DNA of 64,000 nucleotides, taken from Asterias rubens (lineage: Eukaryota). This document shows positions 35,301-45,322 of the stretch, piece by piece. Numbering within the stretch: position 1 is the first letter of the stretch; the number at the start of each line of letters is the position of its first letter. Both the position numbers and the translations under genes were made by a program. The DNA lies in the NCBI RefSeq assembly GCF_902459465.1, contig NC_047068.1, forward strand, positions 15,624,001 through 15,688,000. The letters run 5' to 3'. The notes below the pieces were generated by a model. It had not been told where the DNA came from and did no database searches. It saw only the letters and a list, made by a program, of their open reading frames with translations.

Positions 35301-38300
35301 AGTTGAACGGTATCTTATGATTTACAAAGTTACGGGTCTTAAAATTGTATCATTTCTTAATTGTTCTAAGTTGACGACCGACAAAAAAGCCCAAAGAACC
35401 TGGAATTTCGCTTTCAAGAAGAGCAAAAAATCGGGGGGTTTTCGGCGACCACCCGTTGAAGATACGGCTGGCACATGAAAGTGCCAATCATAAAAGCTTT
35501 ATGAAATTGCGCCCTGGGCTCGATTTCGCAAAGCAATACTTAATTCATTGTAAGACAAATTGTCAGTATTTGTATTGTAACAATCACATTTAAAATATAT
35601 AAGCAACTACACATGTATACGATTGATTTGCAGTGATCAATCTTTATCTCTTTGTGAAATCAGCCCCTGATTGCAGGTTACACATTTGCATTAAGATCAA
35701 TTCTAATGAGAACAACACAATCAACGTTGCACTGACATTATTTCAATTGCATTTGGCTATTAACCTGTTGTTTTTGTTTGATTAAAGTTCACGAAGCGTG
35801 GTCCCAGTGGTCTGACTGTAGCTCCCTCTGCGACGGAGGGATGCGAATTCGACATCGAACCTGTCCAGAGCAGAAGCACGCATGCTCGGGGGAGTTGTAC
35901 GGCCTGGAGGTCTGCAACGATGACATTCCGTGTCCGGGTACAAAAAATATATAATATAAACAACACACACACACACACACCCCAAGATCAAAAGACCCCA
36001 AGAAACAAACAAAATAAACAAACAAAAACAAACAACGTAAAAATAATGAGTCATCGCTTTCAATTGTTTTTAACCAGCAATGGGAGAGAACCAAAGTCTA
36101 TTCAATTTTAAAATAAAAGACAAAAAGTAGAGTTCGGTTTAAATTCTTGAAAATCGACAACAGCCAAGTATAATGACATAAGCATTATTTTTCAGAAATT
36201 GTACAAACGATCATGATGTATTTCTTAAAACAGTCAATGGAAAAATGGCTGTTATAAAACCATGAAAATATCTGTCTTATTTTGACTCCGATAGCCAACG
36301 GTGGATGGAGTGAGTGGTCACAGTGGTCAGTGTGTACTGTAACGTGTGGGGACGGGGAGACTCATAGGTTTCGACTCTGCAATAATCCGAGGCCAGAGTT
36401 CGGAGGCAGCAGCTGTGAGGGCGAGTCAGACGAGAAGAAAAGCTGCGTCGTCCAAGACTGTCCAGGTAGACATATAAATTGGACCCTCTTAATCACTGTC
36501 AAAACAAAGCCACGCCATGATTTTTTTGGCACTAACACTGCTCATGGGCAAAATGAGGGAACATCGCGCCTTTTGTGTATATGCCTACATTTCTACCTCC
36601 ATGATTTAAGCGTATTGTGCATAATACTCGGGGGGGGGGGTGCCCAATAGTCCATTTACTCGAAAGCATAATTTTAACGATCAAATTTCTTGTGAACGGC
36701 CATTAATAAGAGGACATGTTCCACCATCCTCTATGGTTCCACAATGTTAACAATATGTTTATATTAATCTTTATTAGTGTTACAAGTACCACAGACCATT
36801 ATAATAATGATACGGTTTGTAAATCGAGCGAAACAGATAAGTTACATAAATACATCGTACGTTAGCCTTCTTTCAATGTAAATGGTGTCGTAAACTTTAA
36901 TCTGCTTCTTAGCAAAACAAAACGACACTAAATAAAAACAATTGGAAACCAGCGTTCAGTGTTTAAGGGTTTTCTTAATTAAAACACCAATTATTGTATT
37001 TTGTTGTTATCTCCCCATTATCACAAAGCTAACACCCCTACTTGGGAATCTTGGAGCCCATGGTCTCAGTGCTCAGCAACCTGCGGCGGGGGATTCAATG
37101 AACGGGCGCGGGTGTGTCTGCCTGGTAGCGTCACGGTGGGTGAAAACAGGCGAATGTTGAAGCCACCAAGCTCAAGCTGTGTGGGGGAAAACACGCAGAT
37201 GAACGTGTGCAATTTCTTGCCTTGCCCAGGTGGGGACAATATTATTTTTCTGAGATTTTAAATTTGTACTACGGAGCTCTGGAAGTGCCATCTAACTAAT
37301 ATTGAGATCATGAGACAGTTTACTGCAGGATGGTTCAACTCAATTGAAACTCACATTATTTTATTTCAATACTTCATGAATATTTCCTAAAATAGAAGTA
37401 ACACAACTTTAAGCAGACATTAATTAAGTACGGAGGCACTAGAACCCGAGGCTTGTGGCGAGGTGCCTGATGGACAGAACAAACAAAGGCCAAGACAAGA
37501 GAAAAATAGACCTGCCGGCCTCTGTGGCATCTGTGAAAATCCTGGCCTGCTGCAGTAAATTATTTCATGCTCACTTTCAACAGCTTTGTTTTTTGTTGAG
37601 ATTGTTGGTCTGGTCTTTCTTGTTTTCAGTGAATGGCAACTGGGCGAGTTGGGGAGATTGGGGCAGCTGCAGCAAGACGTGTGGTGAGGGTGTGCTGAAG
37701 CGAGATCGGACGTGTACCGATCCAGCCCCAGCAGGAACAGGCGAGGTATGCGGTGGCTACGGCACGGAAATGCTGCTCTGCTACACACAACCATGTCCAG
37801 GTATTCCATTTTTTGTTCTCTCTTTTTTTAATACTACCAATGATAATGATACTGGAAACGAGGAATGAGATTTGCTGGTAGGAGCAAAGAGTCTCCATCA
37901 AAACTCATTCATTTGGGAACCAAAACAAGGACCATAGACCAACATTGATCTAAGATGTTTTGACGAAAGACAACCGGACTGCAGTGGACTGGAGACAGCA
38001 GAGCTATGGGCAGCAATGCGGGACATAGAGAGGGCAAATGTAGGCCTACATTTCTGTATAAAAAGTAGGCCTACTGATACTTTTTCGCATTGAATCATTT
38101 TCCAAAAAGAGTAGGAATCAAGTCATTAATTTGAATTAAATCTACAATGAGCTCACTATACAACTAATGGCCAAGATAGTGACAACATTAGGACCGGTTT
38201 TAAAGACCAAAAAAAGAGCTGAAGACGAGCAATGGAGTCAAGGGGGAAAGCTAAGTTACTTGATGAGCGAGCCTGGCTCTTTTGAGCGAGGCTTTAAAAT

Positions 38301-41300
38301 CTCTCCCTCCACTTTCCCCTAATTTTAGCCACTGATGAGATCGTCCGTACATTCGACGGCTCTTCGTTCATGATGTACCGTCGTGCATCCAAACCCACCA
38401 AACACCTCCTACTGTACATACAGTTCAAGCCGAGTACACTGAGCGGTGTGCTGGCGTTGCGTAACGAGGAAGGTTCCGATCAGACCGTGTCCGTGGGGTT
38501 GGCGGACGGCCACGTCAAGATGTATGCTAAGGTCGGTGAAGCGGAGAGCGAGGTTGGCAGCGAAAAACAAGTAGTAAGTTAGACTGAAACCCTGTATTTA
38601 TCCGCAAAGATAAAGATAGGTACGTACAAACCAGCGATGTCATTATATACAATGATTTCATTGGATAAACGTTCACTGACGTAAGCCTTCCATACATATA
38701 TAATAGTGTTTTGATTGGTCCGAAGTGATGTCAGCTGTTCGTTGGCCACGATCCGTACATGATCGTCAACATATTGACGTGGGCTCGAGGCTGGTATCTG
38801 GCGTAATTCACGAGCCTCGTAGTGTGACAAGAAGTTCAAGCTGTAGTATTAGGTTTACAATGTAAACTTGATGGGAAGTTAGCACCATTACTGTATTTGT
38901 GTGCGTGCTGCTTTGTGGAAAAGTTATGCAGTAAGGATTGCTCAGAAACACTATACTTCTTCATGCATGAATTTTTAACGACGAGCAGGTAGAATTTCAT
39001 TTTGATACTTGGATGATTTTGACACAGGTCCTTGATGAATGGAACCGCATCGAAGCCACCATTAGTGGCGGGAACACACATCTAAGATTGAATGACGGCA
39101 TCCCGACCTTCAGTAACTTCACCATTGCACTACCGGCACACTTAGACTGGGACCTGCCCATGTACATCGGCGGTGCGTTGCCTCAACTCTTCCCGAAACT
39201 GGCTCCCGAGTATGTAGGTAAGACTTGACTTTATCTTTGGACTGTTCAACCATTGTCAATCCACTGCAGTGATGAAGGCTTCAGCATGATGTCTCTAAAT
39301 GTCTCTATGTTTTGTTTGTTGATACTGCTTGACTAAATCCCCAGTATTGTTGCAGCTCGTCTTTCCATCCTTTTATGTGGTGCCATCAAGTGTCGTCCCG
39401 TCCATAAACAGGGCTCGATTTCACAAAGCAATTAAATCAATCGTATGTACGGCACCTAAATGTACCCCGAGCCCTAAATGTAGCCTGACCTAAATGTAGC
39501 CTTGTCAGTATTACTATAGTGATTTGTTATGTGACATTACACTTTACTTAGCAACTACAATTTATTTGCAGTTGAGATCAAAGCTCTTTGTTAAATCGTC
39601 CCCAGTATAGTTGCTTAGCGCAAAATGGTTGTATACTCTGCAGCGTTTGTGTCCGCCCAGCTCAATGTGCTCTTCCCTCTTTTCACTGCTCCGACATTTC
39701 TCTCTGCATGTTAAGGTTTCAGGGGCTCGATCTCCGCACTGCGAGTGAACTACAACATGTACACTCTTCACGAAGTTAACGCAGAGTGGACTGGAATCGG
39801 TCTGCCCTATGTGTCTTTTAACGTTGGCTTTGGGCAGGCAGGTAAGACTGTAAAATATAGCGAGGTTTAGCTGCACGTAACGCGAGCAAAATGTGAACGT
39901 TAACGTCAATAATTGTGTGGTTTCGGGGTGACGTCACCACTTTGGGCTTATTGCATGCATACGCATGACGTCTGCGCGCACGTACGTACCCGACGTGAAA
40001 AATGGTAATCTCACGTATGCTAAAAACGGGAGATTTTAATGACCCAGTTTTCTGACGTTCGCGTTCACGTTCACACGGAACGTGCAGCTAAACCTCCCTA
40101 CTATTAGAGATAGTACACCGTACGCAAGCGGCAATCTATTGCCCACAATCCCTCTCAATATTTGTAGAGATATCAACATTTTGTTAAAATATAATACATT
40201 TGTTTGTTTCACCGACTAGATAAAAAAAAGGCTATACCAAAAGTACCAATGAAGGATGACTAGAACGTATCAAATTATGTTTAGGTTTCTTTTGTTCCTT
40301 TTGTGAATTTACGCGTAATGCCTTTTCAATGCACTTCAATGCGTTGATTGATGAACTCAATTTTCCTTTAATAAAGAACCGATACTACAATATCATAATT
40401 TTGCGATGACACCTGAGGTGACTCTCAAATACATTTTACACAGATTAAGTATTATATAGACGTTGTTGTTGATGGTGGTGTCAATAAACATCATGGACAG
40501 GATAACTGGAGATTAATGCATATGATGTAATACTGTCATTATTCATCCAGACATCAACTCCCAAGTACCCGTCTTCACCGGGCAGGAGTTTACCTCCCTG
40601 CCGTGCAACGCGTCGACAGACGGCAAGCTATCCATCAAAGTCATCCTCAAACCGTTGGCTCCAGACGGTCTTATCCTGTACCATCCAGGCCAGGTTCCTG
40701 AATCGTTCGTCGCACTAGTTATGCTGGATGGGCACATGACACTGTATTTGAATCTTGGGTTCAAGACCATGTCCGCAAAGAGTGCCGAAGTAGATGTAAG
40801 TTCGGGGTGTTTTGAGATGTATTGTAAATAATTGTATACACTTTCATAAAACAGCTAACGCCTAATATCACATGTCTGGACGTCCACCTTGAGGTAAGGG
40901 CTGTCGACTCAACCCATCTGTCACCTCTGCAGCCGATTCACAATACGCTAGGATTAATTCTATCTCGAGTTAGGACGACGAGTAACTCGTCCTAAACTTA
41001 TAATGGGTTCAATGCCTCCTAACTTCTATTACGGAAATTAACTTGTCCTAAGTCCTACGACTAATACTAAAGTTAGGAAGAGTTTGGTCAAATCGACGAC
41101 AGGGGCAAGATTGCCACCAATATCTCCTTGGGCTGAAACAGGGTTCTATATAGGCAGGGGGTATCACCCACTATAGGGATCTGGGCCCAATTTCATAGAG
41201 CTGCTTAAGCACAAAATTGTGCTTAAGCAAAAAAGTCCTTGCTTAGTAAAATCAGATTACCGGCCAAGACTCCACTAAATTGTTATGCTAAGTGAACAAC

Positions 41301-44300
41301 AGCTAATTACCAGTCACAATCAATGTATATGGCATAACATTTTGGCCAGTAACATGTGTATAATAAGCGAGCTGTTTTCGTGCTTAAGCAAAATTTTTGC
41401 TTAAGCAGCTCTATGAAATTGGCCCCTGGGTGGTGGGGAATGATGCATTCCTTCCCAACTTCAACAATAATACGAGATCAAATTTGAAAATATTGAAATC
41501 AAGACGTGTGTTCTTAATTTCTAGTTTCTTAAAACATTATTCATTTTACAAATTGACATGCACGGTTGAACACATCCGTCATTTACCAAATAAATATCTT
41601 TCCTCCGATCAGCTCTCGTATTGGGTCATAGTTCAACTGACTATCCTGGGTGAGAACGCAGAGATGAGGATCAACGGTGGCCCGGCCATCCAAGTAACCG
41701 TCGAGGGGAGAAACTTCGTGTCTTCGGACAGAGTGGCCGTTGGGAGCGTTCTGGCACCGGACGTCACCGCGGTGTCCATGTCGATGGACGTGTACACGGG
41801 TTACGTCGGTTCACTCTACGAGGTGACGATCAACGATAATGATTACTTGCTGCGTGATGCTGCTCTCAGCAGGCACGACGTATATGTCGACTCGGAGTCC
41901 ACAACTCTTGCAGGTATACATAGACTTTTCCCCAGTACCGAGGGGCGATGTTTGTTTGTTTGTTTGTTTGTTTGTTTGTTTGTTTGTTTGTTTGTTTGTT
42001 TGTTTGTTTGTTTGTTTTTTGTTTGTTTGTTTGTTGAGAAATTTGTTTGGAATTGTCTGCATCATGCAGCGTACGAAATTCATCCACAACAAGTGTTTTA
42101 TGTTTTTATATACAGCACACTACCGCGAAGTTAGAAAACTACGTCACGAAATCGTTGCACTCCAATGCAACTACGCCAACGTCTACACCGAGAAACCGAC
42201 CATCACGTGGATAATGGGCGATAAAATGATTGAATCCGACCACAACTTCAAAGTTTTCGAGGTAGGAAAGTTGATAATAACACGATCTCTTCCAATGAGT
42301 TATGTCACAGTCTTTAGATTGAGTTAAATTAAGTTTATTTTTGTCATTTTGCAAAAAAAATATGTAATGGCCTGACGTTTCGACCCTAGCTGGGTCTTTC
42401 TCGAAGGCAAAAATATTTTGCATACAAATTAAACCAATGTGAGAATACTGAACTTTGTCAGTTACCAAACACATGTCCAGTGCCTTGAATTCTTACTGAC
42501 ATTATTTTACAGAGTATGTTTCAGCCCTACATGTCCTCGTTGCTTCTGCACGCCTTAGACACGGATAACGAGGGATTGTATGCGTGTGTGGTCGGGTACC
42601 GAGGAAAGGCCATTCTGACCCACGCATTTGGGATTTCTGTCTTCGAACCACACCGTAAGTAAACATTCTTGCTAATACTCGTGGCCCAGGGGGTTGATCT
42701 CCACAAACTCTTCATAACTTTACAGGAGTAGTCATAGACAATGCTTTAGAGCTAGGCCCAGGAGTACTGGTCCTATGAAAAACTCTAGTCTTATCTCTTT
42801 GTAAAATCCGACCCAGGGGTCGATTTCACAAAGGGTTAGGACTAGACCTAGATATTACAAACTTAAGACTAAATATCCTAAGTAAGAACGAGTAACTCGT
42901 CCTAACTCGAGATAAGAGCAGTCATAAAACTCCGTAGAGATCCACCCCAGGTATACGTTTTGATGGTTTTCGTAGTACGAAATGCCAAATATTGTCAAAC
43001 AACAATACAAACAGATCGACGTTTTTAAAGTATTAAAAAAAAGGAGCCCATCATAATATTTTAAACTTTTGTACTACTCTGCATTTTTAAAGATACTGGA
43101 ACCTTAAACATAAAATGGGTGTCACTATTCTGATTCTAGAAATGAACCTCAATATGAGAGAGTAATAGACCTTTTACACCATTTTTACGTAAGTTTTTTT
43201 TTATTTTGTTTATAGTGACTTGTATTTGTTCATAATTTTCAACAGGAATAATACATAGTTTGGTAAATGTATGCATGACTCCCACATGTGAAAGGTGCTC
43301 AGGGGGCTCGAGAAAGTTGCTGGGGTAGTGTAACTTGATGGATTTGCTCCATCAAGAAACTCGATTTCCACAAATTATAGCCAAAGTTTGACAAGTAACC
43401 TTCCACAACGGGTCTGGGTTTGTTTTTTTAGGTGTGAGTTTTGATATGCAGTCGGCCCTTGGTTATGCCGTCATGGCATATGCAGGACTCATCTGTGGTT
43501 TCGTCATCAGTGTCTTTGTCCTGTCATGCTTCAAATGTCTCAGACTAAGGTAAAACGGTTGTTAGTAATGACTTTTAGAAACAACTTACAAAAACGACAA
43601 AGGCTATATTTTCGAATCCGCGGCTTCGGTTTTTTGATTCTGCTTCAGGATCCGTACGTCCTCTCGTGTGGTGAAGCCCTGAGCACGGTACGCAAAGCAC
43701 GCGCAATTGTCACTAATAACCGCGGGGCAAAGCTAGCCTGAGCAGAATCTGGAGTCGAAGCAGTGGTTTCGAAAAGAGCCAAAATTCGTACATTGCGCAT
43801 AAATCCAGCTCAAAAGACACGTCCAAGTGTGCACGAAAATGGTGTTGTGGTACGAGAGTACACAATACTATTAGTAGTATTTTTGACCGCGTGAGGGCGG
43901 GCTACTATGGACCAAAATACGAAACAAGTCAAACAAAAATTGTCTGATTGTGGATATTGTTATTATTTGAGTATCTAGTAGAAACGATCACCTAAGAAAA
44001 TTGTACACCGCTTGAATAAATGGCACCGCGCCCACCGAAGCCCGCCGAGCAAGTTTTTGAGTTCGGTGGTGTTGATTTGTCATTGAGTTACGTATCTTGT
44101 TTATCAATATTCCACCTCTGCACCCCACTCAACATCCCCTCGGCCTGCATACAAAGTTAAACATTTTAAAATCTGCTTCACACACAGATTTTTCTTCTTT
44201 GATTTGATGTACGAGTCCATCATTTACTACCTTGGCTTGGACTCGTGGGCGTGTATGAGGGAGGGAAACATGTTCGACCATCACACCCTCATGACGGTCG

Positions 44301-45322
44301 ACGCCACCTATCACAAGGACTTCTCGGCTCGGGAAGAGAAGATTAAATTCGACCAAGCACTGGCAGAGGAGAAGAAGAACAAGAAACAGCTGGAGGCAAC
44401 TACAACCAGTCAAACATTGGTGCCAAAACTCAGTCGAAATGGAGTCTCGCAGGATGTGGAAAAGAATATGGATACAGCAGACGATACTGGGATTCAAAAT
44501 GGCGGGAAAGACGCAGAATCAAACAAGGTTTCAAAAGTGTACATCATGGCACAACGTGATGAAGTTCCGGGCACATCAAATGCTCCAAAGCAATATGACA
44601 GTGCGGGGAAAAGACCGTCATCCAGAAGTCAAAGTAATGACATCATTGTCGAGGTAGAAGGCCAGAACCTGACCCGGCGTCCAAGCGAGTCTCTGAGTGA
44701 CAAGGAACTCAATCTAAGACGCCTGTCTCACGAGATCGTTTCGGGTAGGCCAGAGTCTTCTACATCGGGGTCCTCCCTCGGGAGGGCGGACTCCGCACCA
44801 CCGGCAGACGACAACCATGTCCGGGAAGAACCGAAGGAAGAGCCGATTTATGTCAACATTGACGCCATCCGGGAGAGACAACGACTGAGCAAGGCTTCCA
44901 CAAGCAGTTTGAGGGTCTCGAAGGGGGAGTCCTCGGAGTCATTCGACACTGATCATCCGCCGGGGTTAGATTCACCCAACACCCGGGAGAGACTTCAGAA
45001 AGAAGAGCCGGTAGAAGTTGACATGGATGCTGTCCGTGAAAATTGGCAACGGAGTATAATGTCGATACACGGAGCCAGCCCCCGGGCGTCCACCGAACAC
45101 AAAGAGGGTTTGGTCTATGCAAGCAGAGGGGCCGACGGTGCTGACTGGGAACCCGTCAAGGACGTCGTCAAAGACGACAACCCAAGTGGGAGGAGCTCAG
45201 GCCTGAGGAGCTCCGATGGCTCTTTGTCACCAAAGGACGAGGACGAAGCCAGCTCATCGGACAATAGTACAGGAGAAGATGCCAACAAGAACGCATCAGT
45301 TAATGACGATGGTAGTGAATGA
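29263..45322 (+). CDS. Uncharacterised type I membrane protein, about 1520 aa: SP - Gla-like - TSP1 - Gla-like - 7xTSP1 - LamG - LamG - Ig - TM - acidic Ser-rich tail
   Basis: 21 GT-AG exons with fully consistent phases, total 4563 nt: 29263-29317, 30122-30349, 31234-31413, 31908-32065, 32834-32885, 33402-33578, 34035-34208, 34900-35097, 35788-35937, 36295-36465, 37029-37229, 37630-37800, 38329-38573, 39028-39217, 39716-39841, 40551-40795, 41613-41913, 42116-42261, 42513-42654, 43432-43549, 44188-45322. Confidence 0.85.
31234..37800 (+). CDS. Eight symmetric phase 1-1 exons, each encoding one thrombospondin type-1 repeat
   Basis: Each has the WxxWxxCSxxC...R.R.C...C...C pattern (e.g. GGWSEWSQWSVCTVTCGDGETHRFRLC). 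Starts at 31234, 33402, 34035, 34900, 35788, 36295, 37029, 37630. Confidence 0.93.
38329..41913 (+). CDS. Two laminin G-like domains (exons 13-17)
   Basis: FDGSSF...IQFKPSTLSGVL...W.RI...MYIGG...GFRGSISALRVN and FTGQEF...ILKPLAPDGLILY...W..V...VAVG...GYVGSLYEVTIND LamG patterns. Confidence 0.8.
39858..40100. mobile_element. MITE with AGGTTTAGCTGCACGT TIR
   Basis: 16-bp perfect TIR at 39863 / ending 40095, extendable to TA ends; starts 16 bp after the exon-15 donor. Confidence 0.75.
41184..41425. mobile_element. MITE family A with CTG TSD
   Basis: CTG|GGCCCAATTTCATAGAGCTGCTTAAGCA...TGCTTAAGCAGCTCTATGAAATTGGCCC|CTG. Confidence 0.85.
41950..42033 (+). repeat. (GTTT)n microsatellite
   Basis: About 20 units with one interruption. 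It produces the spurious FVCL/KQTN ORFs in the track. Confidence 0.95.
42116..43549 (+). CDS. Ig-like domain (exons 18-19) and transmembrane helix (exon 20)
   Basis: ALQC...ITW...LLLHALDTDNEGLYAC (Ig C-W-DxGxYxC); TM AVMAYAGLICGFVISVFVLSCF followed by basic KCLRLR. Confidence 0.85.
42370..42408 (-). ncRNA. Minimal type I hammerhead ribozyme motif of the Penelope-like type (U3-A8 variant)
   Basis: Minus strand GCCT-TCGAGAA-A-GACCC AGCTA GGGTC-GAAAC-GTC-AGGC: stem I, core, stem II, GAAA, palindromic ACGT stem III, GUC site. Sister copy at 48018-48062. Confidence 0.55.
42689..42950. mobile_element. Two adjacent MITE family B copies
   Basis: GGGGTTGATCTCCACAAAC...TTTGTAAAATCCGACCC then CAG|GGGTCGATTTCACAAAG...GAGATCCACCC|CAG. 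Confidence 0.7.

Noticed and set aside
41811-42134. ORFs with FVCL/KQTN repeats
   Set aside because: Translation of the (GTTT)n microsatellite.
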